From positions 55,635,781 through 55,699,780 of the forward strand of contig NC_068993.1 of NCBI RefSeq assembly GCF_001194135.2: DNA of 64,000 nt, read 5' to 3'. The notes under the pieces are model-generated. The model was not told the DNA's origin, ran no database searches, and saw only the letters and a list, made by a program, of their open reading frames with translations. This document shows, piece after piece, positions 1 through 13,484 of the stretch. The DNA is from Octopus bimaculoides (Eukaryota). Within the stretch, counting starts at the first letter, position 1. Every line of letters begins with the position of its first letter. Made by a program: the position numbers and the translations under genes.

Positions 1-524
1 CGGCCCTCAAAACGCTTTCTGTGATTAAAGTTGGCCAGGCCTGCTCTAAACACATTAATTAGCTTACAATTTAACTCATCTCGTTAAGCTGTTTGGATCT
101 GAGATATACACAGTTACCTTTCTTCGAAGAAAACCCTAAATATGTGTAACTCTGCCTTCTCTCTCTCACTCACACACACACACACACGCGCGCGCGTAGT
201 TATATTCCAAGAATTTATACACTTTCAAGAGAATTTGGGATATAAAGCTATAAATAATAGCATGTAAATATTGGGTTGAAAAATTTACGCACCAGGATAG
301 AAAATGGACATTAAATAATGATGATGATGATGTAGTTAGCCTACAATATATGGTTGATGATGGGGTTACATAGGTACACATAGATAATCATCCTCTCTCT
401 CTCTCTCTTTCATTCATTCCATCTGTAAAATTTGCTCTACGTTATTGTTTGACATCATTTGTATAAAAAATATAACTGTATTTATCTTGTGTTTGATAAA
501 TGTATATTTGACGTTTCTTTACAG

Positions 525-595
525 GTCAGACTGTGAAAGTAAAAATTAAATTAAATAAAGATGCATCTAGTTCAGCAAAGAAGGCTTGTAAAGAG
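525..595 (+). CDS. SMARCA4: Exon of SMARCA2/4 (brahma) C-terminal region, after the bromodomain; upstream exons lie outside the window
   Basis: tttctttacag acceptor and GAG|gtaagt donor. The 71 nt read (G)QTVKVKIKLNKDASSSAKKACKE, matching the SVKVKIKL motif of the BRG1/BRM C-terminus. An invertebrate would have a single SMARCA2/4 orthologue. Confidence 0.85.
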
Positions 596-1514
596 GTAAG
601 TTCTGACAGCTGAACATTGTTTTCCTTGTCATTTAATTCTGGAGTAGGTTTCAGAAATATGAACCACCTTTCAGACACTGACAAAAGGAATCCTATGACA
701 GCTAACCATATTGGGAAATGAGAAATTGGAACAGCAACTACACCATTAAATTGAGCAGAGTCTTCAAAAGATCAAAGCTTTAAAAAATGCAGGCTCTATT
801 CCATGGAAAGAACACATCTTGTCTAAATCAAATAACTTGAGTTGCTGCAAGGAATCCATTAAATTATTGTTTAATATAAAGAATATTTTACTAAAAAAAG
901 TGCCAGTAAGGCGACGCTAGTAACGATCACGCTCTGTGCAAATCCTGTATTTTCTCAGTCTATTTATGTATGGCTCCCATTTTTCAAGGACCTTCTACTT
1001 GAAGCTGTAGTTAATATTCTGGTCTCTTAGTTTCAAAATATGGTTGGTTAGTGTTGTGGAATTTCTAATGTTGATGTGTCTGAAGGATGATCCATTGTTG
1101 TAATATCTTTGTTTGAATTTACCTTCAACCATGTCTATGTAATTGTTTTTCTTGATTGCCTGATTTGGCATTGTTCAGTTTACTTCAACTTCATACTGCA
1201 TGCCTGATCTCAAGGCCAAGGATCTGCATTTGTGCTCACACAAACCATATTGTCTTGTTTAATATGGTTACTTGAGAGGAGTGCTGTCATGGAAACCACA
1301 ACTGTACATAATTTTCACAGAACACTCATTGAAAGTTTTTCTGTACTCAAGGAATATTTAGGAGATGCTTATCTTGAAAGACCAGGAATTTTTTATGTAC
1401 AAAAAGTTTTACATTTAGAGAAAAAGAGAATATAAGCTATATATTTTTTCTCTGTCTATTCCTGGATTGTGTGGGGTGTATGATATTTTGTTTTTCTCTG
1501 TTGAAAGCACATCC

Positions 1515-1580
1515 TACCAAAATTTTCGTTAGATGATGATAGGCTAGAGATTATCCTAATTGTATTAGATATGAGGTTTC
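1515..1580 (+). mobile_element. Short Penelope-like RT remnant, same family as 19744-19880
   Basis: gatgataggctagagattatcctaat is near-identical to gatgatagactagagataatccttaat at about 19836 (DDRLEII). Confidence 0.4.
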
Positions 1581-2924
1581 TAAACACAATGGAGAATGAG
1601 TGTCATGATTGTTTATTTATGAATCCAAGTTTTTTGTGTTTTATGAATCCAAGGTCTTTGTAAGTACGGTCTAGTGATGTGTCTAAAATGTCATCATTAA
1701 TTAAATTATTAGCTGCTGTAATTCATAAGTCCTATGTTGTTGAAAACATGAAATTTTTCTTTTAGTTCCTAAAAATATTTAATGTGTGACCATCGCAGTT
1801 GTGTGACATGGCTTTTCCATTTTTTCAGTACACACTCACTTAGCTTTTCACTTCATTCACAGGCACCTAGTAACATACAGGAACATTTTGCTGCTGTAAG
1901 TATTTTCTTCTATGCTTTTCCACATGAATTGGCTTTCTTCTTTTTAGGCTTGAGACTTACTTAAAATATTTACACACTTGTATCCACAACTTGATAACTA
2001 TAACAAGTCAGAGGTGTACATACACACATAACCATCACACATATGTGTAGAAATATGTACAGAACAGTTTTCTCACTCCTAGTAAATAAGATGTGTACAC
2101 TGGCCTTGCAACATTCAATCTTAGCATTTTTCTTCAGCTTTCAGTACTTGTTATATGTTTTTTACATTATACAAGGGTATACCCAAGAGAAACTGGAATT
2201 TTGCAATATTATTTTGTTCACTTAGTTTTACATGTTTACTCTTTAATGGCCTTCAAAGTAGTCTCCATTTGAAGCAATGCATCAGTCCAGACGTGTTTTC
2301 CGCTGTTCCTTTATTTCAACCATTGCAAAAACAGGGAGAAGCACTGCAAAACAAAGATGCACTATGTGGTAATAGGACTACACTCAGTGCTGCCAGTTGG
2401 CATATTGATGCCTGAGGGTCACATCAAGTGGCTCCTAGTGGCAGAAGCCTGAACTACAACAGGGAATGTTTCTAGCTTTTAGGTACCCCCTCGTACATAC
2501 ATTATGTGTTGCTCATCAATGGCCATTTGTCATACAATCTAGGAGTTATGAGGGATGTATTATTGCCATTTTGACTGCCAGCATTCCCCATTGTAACACA
2601 ATCTAACTAAAAAATGAACTTGTGCCAAATTCAGGGAATTAGCCATAATCAATCATCTTGAAAAATACTTTGTTTCTGGGTGATCCATTTTCCAACCAAT
2701 TCTGCAGGTAAACTTTGGTCAGCTGTCACCTGAAAGGTAATTGGTGATGATGTAAAGCAAAGCTAAATGCATTCATGACAACAAGGCTTTTTGTGAAAAA
2801 AATTTTGATATCATTTGGTGTCTGGCAGTTGTAGAAAATGGATGTAGCTGAAACAACAGGAGAGGCTACACCACTGCTGTAACCAGAAGGACTATCCTTC
2901 ATATATGTGTGTGTGTGTATCATC

Positions 2925-3030
2925 GTCATCATCATTTAACATCCATATTCCACGCTGGCATGGGTTGGATGGTTTGGCTGAGGCTGGCTAGGCAGAAAAC
3001 TGCACCAGGCTTCACTGTCTGTTTCACCAG
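2925..3030 (+). mobile_element. Truncated copy of the (CAT)n-headed ccatgctggcatgggttggacggtttgac repeat (LINE 3' end or SINE tail family)
   Basis: The same motif recurs at about 18350(-), 23800(+), 24200(-), 52315(+), 58150(-) and 61830(+). Confidence 0.7.
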
Positions 3031-3792
3031 TGCACCATTCTTCTGAAAAAATCACCGAAAAGAAAAGTGCCATGGATATCTCTTTGTGATGAGAATGTTG
3101 TCATGCTGCAAGCCATGTGTCCAACTCACTGGTGCAATTAGAGCAACAGCACTGAAATTTTGGAACTGGATTTGTACCCCCCAAGCGCGCACATGCATGC
3201 ACAGAGAGAGGGGGAGAGAGAGAGAATATGTAAAATAATTTTCTTGGACATATTAGTGCTGGCATATTCATTTTTGCTAAAAAAACGACTCTTGACTCAT
3301 TTTGCATTGTTAAATGTTCTTCATTTATCTTTGTTATACCATGTTCTTGTTTGTTGTGATTCATTTGAACATTTGCCTTAGAGTTGTACTCCAGTTGAAA
3401 TATTATTGAAAATAGAATGTTATTCAAAACTATATCTCTCACCTCATCTCATTTTCCATTAAACATCCCTAACCAGCTTCCACATCTCTTCTAATACAGT
3501 GGAGTGGACAACTAACACTCTTTATTCATCAATAATCTACAAATATTAACACATTTACTAATATAGATACATACATTTCATTAATAAATCTTTCTTAATG
3601 TTTAAGTCGTCCATATTAAACATTTAGAAATGAACCTAGTTTAAGAATGATAAGACTTCAAATGAATTTAGCAAAAAAAATGCTATCATTTCCTGAAATT
3701 ACTGAGGTTTATGGAATGGTTAGTTCTTGGTGCTGTCAATGTGAAGCAGACATGAGACGAAATGTCATTTGATACAATTTATTTCTATTTAG

Positions 3793-3874
3793 GCCCAAGA
3801 AATAAAACCTCGGAAAAGAAAAATGCGAGCGGCCAAAAATCGTCCTGTTATCAGTGATGATGAAGACACAGAAG
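3793..3874 (+). CDS. SMARCA4: Next SMARCA2/4 exon, basic then acidic tail
   Basis: tttctatttag acceptor in phase 0, matching the previous donor. Reads AQEIKPRKRKMRAAKNRPVISDDEDTE, compared with RAKPVVSDDDSEE in human BRG1. Donor AG|gtagtg. Confidence 0.85.
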
Positions 3875-4734
3875 GTAGTGTTGGTGTTAGTGTTTCCTGT
3901 GGTGAAATGAACTGAAAGTTATTTGTACTCAGGGACAGCCCTGGGACTTGAGGTTAGTACCACTCTTCTCTGGTGCAGACAGAACTGTAAAGAAAGGCAT
4001 GGTGATTGTTGTTGTAGTGGCTCTCAGTAGAAATTACAAGCTATTTCTAACTCAAGAAATGGTAGAAATAAGGTTTCCTTACATAGAATATACAAAGCTG
4101 TTGACAGTATTTGACTGCTACTGAGAACCTAAAGAGATGCATACTGCTGGATTTTGTCTAATACTCCATCAATAAATCTAAAAATAATAATATTTCCTAA
4201 CTTAAGGCCTCAACATTTACAGGAGAAGATGCTTGATTATATCAACCAAGCAGTTAACCGATGCTGGTTTTATCTAAGCTGGTAGGGACAAGCTGATGAG
4301 GGGAGCCTCTGAGTGCATGATCAGCTTTTGAGAAATAGCAGCGAAAAATGTCCTCCAAATTGCATGCTGTTCTTATTTGGGAAAAGAAAAGAAACTGAAT
4401 AATGTAGTCCTTATTACACACCCCTTAAAAGGCTGGGATGGTCATGGCTGGAATGCCCATGATCATAGGTCTGTTTAATCAAGGCCTGAACTAGAGCTAA
4501 ACGACAACCCTTGCAAGCATAAGTCAAACCTGTTGAGATTTGAACTCAACATGCAAAAGGGGTTCAACTAAAAACTGCAATGCATTCAGTCTGATGTTCT
4601 ACTGATTCTGTCAATCTCCCACTCTTCTTCTCCTCTTCCTCCTGCTACTGCTGCCACCTCTACTTCTACTTCTACTACTACTACTACCACTACTACTCTT
4701 ACTACTACTAATAATGATCCTTTGTACAAGAGGC

Positions 4735-4940
4735 ATAAGACCTGACATTTTGGGGGACAGAGGCTAGTTGATTTCATTGACATCCCCCTAGGACTTGATT
4801 GGTACTATAATTTATTGACCTCGAAAGGATGAAAAGCAAAGTTGACCTCAACAGTATTTGAACTCAGAATGCAAAGAGCTGCAAGAAATGCGGCTAAGCT
4901 ATTTGTCCAACATGCTCACAATTCTGCCAGCTTGCTACGT
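4735..4940 (-). mobile_element. tRNA-derived SINE, family A (aggcacaaggcctgaaattttggg...gccagctcgccgcc on +)
   Basis: About 200-bp multi-copy repeat whose minus strand begins with a tRNA-like A/B-box head. It resembles described octopus tRNA-derived SINEs. Confidence 0.7.
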
Positions 4941-5505
4941 AAATGATAATAACAATAACAACAATAATAATAATATGCATCTACTTAAATATTCTGATGA
5001 TCAATTTTTAATTGTATTTGTATTTGGTTTTCATTTCTATGATACTAATTAGTTGAATGTAATGAAGTCACTGACAATAAGCTCAAATTTTTGTAACAAC
5101 AGTTGTTTTTAGCTTTTGGGAAAAGAAACAAAAGTTTCCCTTGCCAAAAGCCTATTTAACTCAGTCTAGAATGAACTAGATATAGTTTAGTAGTTAACAA
5201 TAAAAAAAAATGATAATCCTGCATTATAATTAACATTTTAGCTATTTAAATTGTGGTTTCAGGAATGTAAAATCATTGTAGTTATTCCCGAAATATTTAT
5301 TTATTAATTAACCAATACTGAGAAAGAATAAAACTTATTTCATTAATAAGAAAAAAAAGTAATAAACAAACTGAAGAAACTCATTGATAAAAAAAACAAC
5401 AAAATAAAGCGTCAGTTCACTCACATTTTATCTCATTAACAATCATTGATGATTTAATTAACTATTGTTTTATTACTTAAATTACTTTTTGTTTGTTTAC
5501 TTCAG

Positions 5506-5603
5506 GAACTAATTCAAAAGAAGTGAAGCTGGTCCAGATATTCCCCCCCAACAAAAACTCAACCCGGATTTCATCTCCGGTGCTTGGTTCCAGGAAAAGA
5601 TAG
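5506..5603 (+). CDS. SMARCA4: Probable terminal coding exon of SMARCA2/4
   Basis: Strong polypyrimidine acceptor (tttgtttgtttacttcag). Phase 1 continuation gives GTNSKEVKLVQIFPPNKNSTRISSPVLGSRKR*. No motif support, so the frame is uncertain. Confidence 0.5.
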
Positions 5604-6351
5604 CAAAACTGACAGTGCAGGTCGTCTTCACCCTAGGTTCTGTTTAATCAATCTTCCTCTACTTCTTCCCTGCATTTTCTCTGCTCCCAACCTCCCTCTT
5701 TACTACCCATTTCTCAGTCCTTTCATTTGTCAATCCCTACCGTCTCTCTTTCTCTTTCCTTACAGCCTGTACAATGATAGGGTCCTGTTTATAAGTGACA
5801 CTTCATTCCTCTCGGTGCAGTTCAGATTCCTCCAGCTTGTCAATTGGCAGTGATTCCTTTCACTGCTAAACTATCTTTTCTTTTAACGGGGTGTTAATCA
5901 CTTCCAGTTTATTGATAAAGAGGTTATGTTCACAGACATTGCTACCCTCTTATCTACTATGAAGACATTTCCTTCCCTTAAACTAGTTTTGAGGGGCTGT
6001 TGAGGATATGATATACAAAGAAGACAACAAATATGAACGTTAAACGTTAAACTTACTTGACATAATTTCTAACAATAGGTTCACAATAAAAAAAAAAAAA
6101 AAACCTTCAATTTCACAGATTTTTTTCTCAATCTTTTTTTTTTTTTTACCTATTCCATTTCATGCAAATAAATGTTTTTCTTTTTTTTTATTTTTTTTCC
6201 CCTTCTTGTTTTCTGTTTTTTGTTTTTCTTTACCCAAATTGAATTTCCATTTGCTTGTCTGGGCAATGTGATTTTTTTCACAGTATTAATTTACATTGGC
6301 ATTTGAGAAAAAAAAAATATAGCACTTGTCTCATGCTGTCTTGGATATTTC
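5604..6351 (+). other. Probable SMARCA2/4 3' UTR, interrupted by an assembly gap
   Basis: Pyrimidine/U-rich, repeat-free sequence after the stop, with AATAAA near 6086 and 6167. Confidence 0.45.
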
Positions 6352-7035
6352 NNNNNNNNNNNNNNNNNNNNNNNNNNNNNNNNNNNNNNNNNNNNNNNNN
6401 NNNNNNNNNNNNNNNNNNNNNNNNNNNNNNNNNNNNNNNNNNNNNNNNNNNNNNNNNNNNNNNNNNNNNNNNNNNNNNNNNNNNNNNNNNNNNNNNNNNN
6501 NNNNNNNNNNNNNNNNNNNNNNNNNNNNNNNNNNNNNNNNNNNNNNNNNNNNNNNNNNNNNNNNNNNNNNNNNNNNNNNNNNNNNNNNNNNNNNNNNNNN
6601 NNNNNNNNNNNNNNNNNNNNNNNNNNNNNNNNNNNNNNNNNNNNNNNNNNNNNNNNNNNNNNNNNNNNNNNNNNNNNNNNNNNNNNNNNNNNNNNNNNNN
6701 NNNNNNNNNNNNNNNNNNNNNNNNNNNNNNNNNNNNNNNNNNNNNNNNNNNNNNNNNNNNNNNNNNNNNNNNNNNNNNNNNNNNNNNNNNNNNNNNNNNN
6801 NNNNNNNNNNNNNNNNNNNNNNNNNNNNNNNNNNNNNNNNNNNNNNNNNNNNNNNNNNNNNNNNNNNNNNNNNNNNNNNNNNNNNNNNNNNNNNNNNNNN
6901 NNNNNNNNNNNNNNNNNNNNNNNNNNNNNNNNNNNNNNNNNNNNNNNNNNNNNNNNNNNNNNNNNNNNNNNNNNNNNNNNNNNNNNNNNNNNNNNNNNNN
7001 NNNNNNNNNNNNNNNNNNNNNNNNNNNNNNNNNNN
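6352..7035. other. Assembly gap (N run)
   Basis: Run of N. Other gaps lie at about 14409-14417, 16268-16435, 31274-31283, 44633-44642, 52531-53326 and 58806-58921. Confidence 0.99.
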
Positions 7036-7118
7036 ATCTTGAAGAAAAATAAGTTCTCAGTGTTGGCATGAAAGGGGACAAATAGGTTTAATTTCTCTCT
7101 CTCTCTCTCTTGTTTTTG

Positions 7119-7165
<47 letters not shown>

Positions 7166-8689
7166 TAAAATGAAGTTCTTTCTTGTGATTTTGCTTTCAA
7201 TTGTAAACAAGACTTCAGGAGGTGAGGACTTCATTATATTGTTTCTTACAAGTGTTATGTAAATATTGTTTTCATATGAATGGCATAGCTACATTCACTG
7301 AGGATGAGTTTCTGAAACACTAACACCAAGCAGGCACATTAATACACACACACACACACTCACAGTGGAATGCACGCACACACACACACAACAATTTATG
7401 TAAGTCATTTTAACCAATCTAGTTTTGGCATTACAAGGAGTTACACACTGTCAGTTATTTTGCAAACAAAGTAGATAGCCTTTCAAAATGGTTGGGAAAT
7501 AATAAAAAGACAAAATGCAGTGAAGAAACATTTTGGATATATTTACATCCCCTCCCCCACCTTCCTACCCTCCTTTTATTATTTTATTTTAAAGATGGTT
7601 TATTTATTTCATTTCATATTGCTATCACATCGCATCAAAACTGAGTTACTTGTCTAACATATCCTCCATTCAAAACCTTTTCACTTAATCACCACTGGTA
7701 TCAAATTTTAGAATTTCATCTCTGGGCATGTGTATATATATGTGTGTGTTTGTGTGCCTATATCTATATATATATGTATATATATGTACACATACACCTA
7801 CACATATTCACAGGCACTCGTGTGTATGTGCGTGGGCATAAATCAATTCAAGGAGAGAATGTTTGAAAATTATTTGTATCTAACTTTTTTTATATCATGG
7901 AAGTTCTAAGTTTTCCAAGACTATTTCAGGAGTATTTTAAATGTTCTCCCAGAATTTCTTTGTCTAGCAACGTGTATCATATGCCAGCTTATTACAACTG
8001 ATCTCAGGAATATGGCTATGAATTATAGTGTATCTCTTCGTGCATATATTTTAGTGTATTGAGCTTTTATATATATATAATATAATATAATATACATGCA
8101 CTCGTACACACACACACACGCATATGCATAAACATTTTCTTTACCTCTCAAGAATCTTGAAATGTATAGAATTTTAATAAAAACCTGAAATACGAACATG
8201 TCATTATCCCATAGACATTCATCAAACAAAAATGTCTTTTTTTTTTATTGTATTTCTTTCTAGATGACCTTTCCCTTCCCTGTCTTTTATGTTAATTTTT
8301 CTCTTTTTTATTTTTTTCCTGCTTTCTCCTTAAAATTACACTTGCATTTTTCTGAGAAAAAAAAAAAAAAAAAGAGAGAGAGACACTGACCAATCTCCTT
8401 CCTTCCAGTAATACCTCTCTACAATCATTCTGAACTGACCAACCTATTGCATTGTCAACTGCTGTTACCATGAACCCCAAATACACAGAAGATCCTTAAC
8501 CTCTGCTCTCTCTTGGTCTACTAAACCTGGCACCATATATATATGTCTCTAGTTGTCCCTCCAACACTAATTACATTTATTTTGGGTGTTCTTATTTATT
8601 GATTTTTTTTTTTTTTTTTGTAATCTTCAAAGAAGAAAGGGATAGAAGACTTTATTTTACTTAGGTGAGACCTGATACTCAATTTATAA

Positions 8690-8823
8690 TAGTATATATA
8701 TGTATGTGTATAATATATATATATATATAAATGTATGTATATATTATATATATGTATGTATATAATATATGTATGTATATAATATATATATATATATAAA
8801 TGTATGTATATATTATATATATG

Positions 8824-8868
<45 letters not shown>

Positions 8869-8900
8869 ATGTATATATATGTGTGTGTGTATATATGTAT
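8690..8900. repeat. (TA)n/(TATG)n microsatellite block; similar blocks at 7125-7165, 9300-9500, 13455-13700, 31950-32000, 37180-37230 and 55445-55515
   Basis: Direct inspection. These blocks explain the YIYI-type ORFs in the track. Confidence 0.95.
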
Positions 8901-9457
8901 AATTTTTTTTTCTAAGGCCTGGTTCTTCTTTATCCCATATTCTCACTGCTGTAACACTTGTACTTTGCATGATACTAATGTAAGCATCCGGTAACCTTTT
9001 TACTATTACTACAAGTACTATTACTCTACTACTACTACTACTACAACTGCTATTGCTAATAAGACTACAACCCCTGATTAAAAGCTGGACATTGTGTACA
9101 AGTCATTTCTCATCCTCAATAAGATTTCATCCCACATGACCAGACAATTCTCATCTCTCTCTACTACTACTTCTACTACTACTACCACCACCACTACCAC
9201 TTACTAAGTGCCATTTTAAGTACCGGCATCAAAAGTTGCCATTTATCACCACCAACACCAACACTACATGTGCTTGTCAAGAAGTTTTAGATTTCCTCAA
9301 GCATATCTATATATATATTCCATCATATGTATACAATATGTATATATACATATGTACATGAGTATGAGTGTGTGTATATATGTATGTGTGTGCATCATGT
9401 CCCTCTATATATATATATATATATGTATATAAATTGTCATATATATGTATATGTATG

Positions 9458-9488
<31 letters not shown>

Positions 9489-9990
9489 GTGTGTATATAT
9501 ATATGGTGCATGTGAATGTTTGTGAGAGAGTGTATGTTGATATCATTGTTTGCGTAGATAGTCTCAGCAAAGTGTTCGATCCACAAGCCTTTGTTGAACT
9601 GGGTCATTTGGTTGTCAAAACAAATGGAAGTCAATAAAATGTTTATCCTTTTCTGCTTATTTTGTTTTTTCTTATTGCAACCTGATGTTATATTTGTGTG
9701 TCCGTCCAGTGATGTTCTGATCAGCAGATATTTTTTTTTTATGTCCTTCCACATGAGTTATCACTTAAGTTATTGTTGTCTATCTACGTAGAAACTCAAC
9801 GACCTGCCAGGCAACAGTACCCATGTGTTGAGTTGAATGGCAAACAAATTGGTTGAGACAGATTCATGAAATGTATTGCTCACCCACATCTTTCTTAAGT
9901 TTCTGGAGTTTGAACATCTGCCTCTTTACACTTCTGTTGATCCATGCTCTTTTTTTTTTTTTTTTGCATAGGATTTGTCTATTACAACAT

Positions 9991-10211
9991 TACGAGAGCG
10001 TGCTAAAAAATTCTTGGCTTTAAGGGTATCGCAAAAAGCCTGGTTGGAAACCCAACCTCCCAAGTTCTTTGACAGGGCTTAGAAAAACTGAATGACTGCT
10101 ACAATAAATGTGTGAATCTGAGAGAGGAATATGTTGAATAAAATCCTAATTAACTGATCCTCCTGTGTTTTCTTTTACCCAAAGCCAGGAACTTTTCAGC
10201 ACCCCCTCGTA
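9991..10211 (+). mobile_element. Mariner-type MITE (about 220 bp)
   Basis: Terminal inverted repeats tacgagNgNgtgctgaaaagttcctggcttt...aaagccaggaacttttcagcaccccctcgta with TA ends. Confidence 0.75.
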
Positions 10212-10595
10212 TATTTAATAACTGGCACTCCAGAAAAGTAACATGTACATATACATAAGGCTCTTGTAACTTGTAAGACCATTGATAGTTTCATTTGCCT
10301 CCTGGTCAATTAAACTACTGTCATCATGGCTGTTACCTCTCAAAAGACATCCACAGCCATTTAATATCATTTCATCATGGGACTTTATTTTCTATTGCAA
10401 TTGATGAACAATAACATCATTGATTATAGGTTTCAAACAAGCTAATCACTGATACAATGTATTTCTGGTAACGTGTGAGAAAAGAGTGTTTAACTCATTA
10501 CACATCAAATATAGCTTGAGGGACTTTGTAAAAACACTGGTGGTTCAGTTTTCTCATTAATCTTCATATATCAATAAATATTGATGAACAATATG

Positions 10596-10808
10596 TACGA
10601 GGGAGTGCTGAAAAGTTCCTAGCTTTAAGGGTATCGTGAAAGGCTTGGTTGGAGGCCCAACCTGATGAGTTCTTTTACAGGGCTTAGAAAAACTGAAGGA
10701 CCGCTACAATAAGTGTGAATCTGAGAGTATGTTGAATAAAATCATAATTAACTGATCCGCCAGTTTTCTTATACCCCAAACCAGGAACTTTTCAGTGCCT
10801 GCTCATAT
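10596..10808 (+). mobile_element. Second copy of the mariner-type MITE
   Basis: Same TIR and internal sequence as 9991-10211. Confidence 0.75.
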
Positions 10809-10809
10809 A

Positions 10810-11060
10810 TGGTAAGAAGTTTGGTTCTAGGTTCAGTCCTGCTGTGTAGCACCTTGGGCAAGTATTTTCTACTCTAGCCTTAGGCTGACCAGAGTCCATC
10901 ATATATGTATTTGTGTTATGTTTGCCACCCCCTGCTTGGAACATGTGGGTTGGTTTGTGTCCCTCATAACATAGCTGTTCAGCAAAAGGAACTGATAGAA
11001 TAAATACTGAAGTTGATTTTGTTCACCTAAGAACCCAGCATGACTGAAACGAGTAAAAGC
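10810..11060 (+). mobile_element. tRNA-derived SINE, family B (ggctgtgtggtaagaag...caccttgggcaagtg...ccaaagccttgtgag)
   Basis: Multi-copy: also 17500-17660(-), 21925-22070(+), 22115-22230(+), 25530-25680(-) and 29420-29760(+). Confidence 0.7.
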
Positions 11061-11337
11061 TAAAAAATATACACACAGACATACATATACATGTGGCAGG
11101 CTTCTCTACAGTTTCTGTTTGCCAAATTCCATTTAACTAAATATTGGTTAGTCTTGGAGAAGAGACTTGTTTAATGTATCCCAGAGTAGAACCAAACACA
11201 ATGGACTTCACAGCATAGCAGTGCCTGTATCTTTAAAGCAACATTGGGTTTCTATTCTAACCTCTACAATAAAATGTTTCCAAGCCCTGGAAAGGGTAAA
11301 ATTTAAGACAACTATAGAATTTGAACCTCATCAGTTT

Positions 11338-11672
11338 GTGAAGGTGCATGGCTCAATGGTTACAGCATCAGGCTCACAATCATGAAGTAGTGAGTTTGAT
11401 TCCTGGACCAGACTATTGTATTCTTGAGCAAGACACTTTATTTCATGTTGCTCCAGTTCACTCAGCTGTAGAAATGAGTTGCGATGTCACTGGTGCCAAG
11501 CTATATCGGCCCTTGCCTTTCCCTTGAATAACATCAGTGGTGTGGAGAGAGGAGGCTGGTATACACAGGTGACTGCTGGTCTTCCATAAACAGCCTTGCC
11601 CGGACTTGTGCCTCGGAGAGGAACTTCCTTCGTTCAATCCCATGGTTATTCATGACCAAAGAGGGTCTTTTG
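11338..11672 (+). mobile_element. tRNA-derived SINE, family C (gtgaaggcgcatggctcagtggttag...gagttcgattcc...ttgagcaagacactttatttcac)
   Basis: A-box TGGCTCAATGG and B-box GTTTGATTCC. Further copies or variants at 26300-26620, 33490-33770, 33790-34100, 44020-44260(-) and 60170-60380(-). Confidence 0.75.
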
Positions 11673-11699
11673 TCAGTGTTAACTTGTATCCAAGTAGTA

Positions 11700-12400
11700 G
11701 ATCTGTAGCAAGTGATTGACCCTCTTCATCTTGATTGGTGCAAAGGGAGCCGGTGGCTGTTCAGACCAAGGGTTGTATAGAAGAGCTGGAGGCACTTATT
11801 GCAGGGGGACAAGTAAGTGCAAGTGATACTTTTTGCATATTTGACGTTTGATCTCAGCCTCTTGAAAACCGTTATTCTCCATCTGGTCTGTTCCTGTGAC
11901 GATGACATGCTGTCACTTTGGATTGCACTTGGGTCAATGGGGCAGCAGAAGGGAGCTAGTCTCAGAAGTGGAATTTGGGGGGTTCCGTGTGATCTGATAG
12001 CTGAGGCCAATTCCACAAAGAGGAATTGCCATGAGAGGCCTGTTTGAGGTATACGTACGATGTGCCCCAACTAGTGGGGGCAGCTCAGAGCAGAACCTTG
12101 TCATTGGTAATGTAGTCTTTCCATTGAATCCTCATGATTGCTCAAAGTTTGTGCCAGCACCTATAGCTGTGCTTCTTGTTGAACAGACCTGCTTAATCTG
12201 TCTTCTACATTACAAGATCTATGTAAGGTTTTAATCCAGAACTAAGTGACTAAAATGATCACCATTCAACCACTTCCATCCTGATGGATTAAGTCTAGTC
12301 ACAATGTTCACTCTTTCACATTGACCAGTTTTCAATGTGGGGCAGCCACACTCGCATGTCTGCTTTCTCTCTTGACTACTGAAGATTAATTACATTTCTC
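11700..12400 (-). mobile_element. Decayed RTE (BovB-like) LINE 3' fragment
   Basis: Minus-strand MGHIVRIP...LFVELASAIRSHG resembles the RTE C-terminal motif WLGHVxRM...LYGEL...GxRxxG. IQWKDYITNDKVL lies upstream. Frameshifted. Confidence 0.7.
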
Positions 12401-13453
12401 TCCTGCCATTATGGTGTTGATGTGGAAGTGTCTATAGCAGTATACCTACACTACATTAATGCTGAAGTAGAAGTAGCAGCAGTTTCATATCTGTTCCACA
12501 TTTCCCTGCCACCCCAAATTCTCTGGCTCAAACTTCCGTTTTAAAGCGATCCAAATTAAAATCTTCCATCGAAATATTTTGTGATTCCATGTTCAAAACA
12601 CAAGCTTGACAACGACAAGTTATTTTACTAAATTCCTCATTTTTTTGAAACAAAAGCAGTGCATTTCAATAGAACAAAAGGATGAACTACATGCAAGAGA
12701 AGCAGGGAAGAGTAATGTCCCCTTGTTCAAAACAGTCAGATTTGAAACTTGACAATTTGTTATTAGTAAACATTGATATATATGACGGAAGATGTATAGA
12801 TGATTAAGTAACCCACGGTATAGAACAGGCTCATAATTTGTCGACTTCAGCAAAATTCGAAATTTATGTCAGAATGTTGTAAGCAAACTATATCAAAAAA
12901 AAAAAGGCACAGGGTGATGTTCATATAGATATGTGTTTGTGTCATTTCAAAACATCAGCCCTCGGTTTGCATCCTATTTTGTCCAGTTTTTTAAATGTAC
13001 GTCCATATTTTGGATACATTGTGGTACGTTTTATAAAATCTTATTGAAAAATTAAGTAAAAACAATGATTTTGCTGTTGTATATTTATTGTAGAAAAGAA
13101 ATTACTTGAGATTTTAGTTTTAGTTGGAGACAGGAAACAATAACTCCAAAGCAATTGTTAGTGACTTGCAGATAATTTCATATTAGAAAGATAAAGTTGG
13201 AGAATTTTTGTAAAATACTGAAATTCGAAATATGAATCTCTCAAATTAATTTCCATGTTTACTGAAAGGACTGGTAAATGTTTTTGCAAGGAAGGGACAA
13301 CTACGGATATGTTTCAGCTTCTTAGACCTCATCAGCACAGTACAGCTTCATTAAGCCTCTATAACAGTGGATAGATTTTTACAGGTGCAGGCATGGCTGA
13401 GGAGTTAAAAAGCTTTTGGAACATAATAACCGCGATAGCCGAGGGATTAGTGT

Positions 13454-13484
<31 letters not shown>

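Noticed and set aside
6255-7081. Long ORFs of 238-359 aa (also 16156-16559 and 52323-53402)
   Set aside because: Artefacts of N gaps translated as X.
8596-9791. ORFs rich in YI/HT/CV repeats (also 13481-13758, 37073-37444, 55431-55619 and 58704-59076)
   Set aside because: They are translations of TA/CA microsatellites.
10240-12620. Minus-strand coding-like pieces (KIKSHDEMILNGCG... at about 10250-10395; MESQNISMEDFNLDRFKTEV* at about 12520-12580) as exons of the divergent transcript
   Set aside because: Short, no recognisable family, weak splice signals and no consistent phase chain.
13285-13345. Second hammerhead-like motif on the minus strand (CTGATGA-GGTCTAAGAAGCT-GAAAC...GTA)
   Set aside because: Core nucleotides are present, but stem II is weak and no stem I pairing can be drawn. 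At best a decayed copy.
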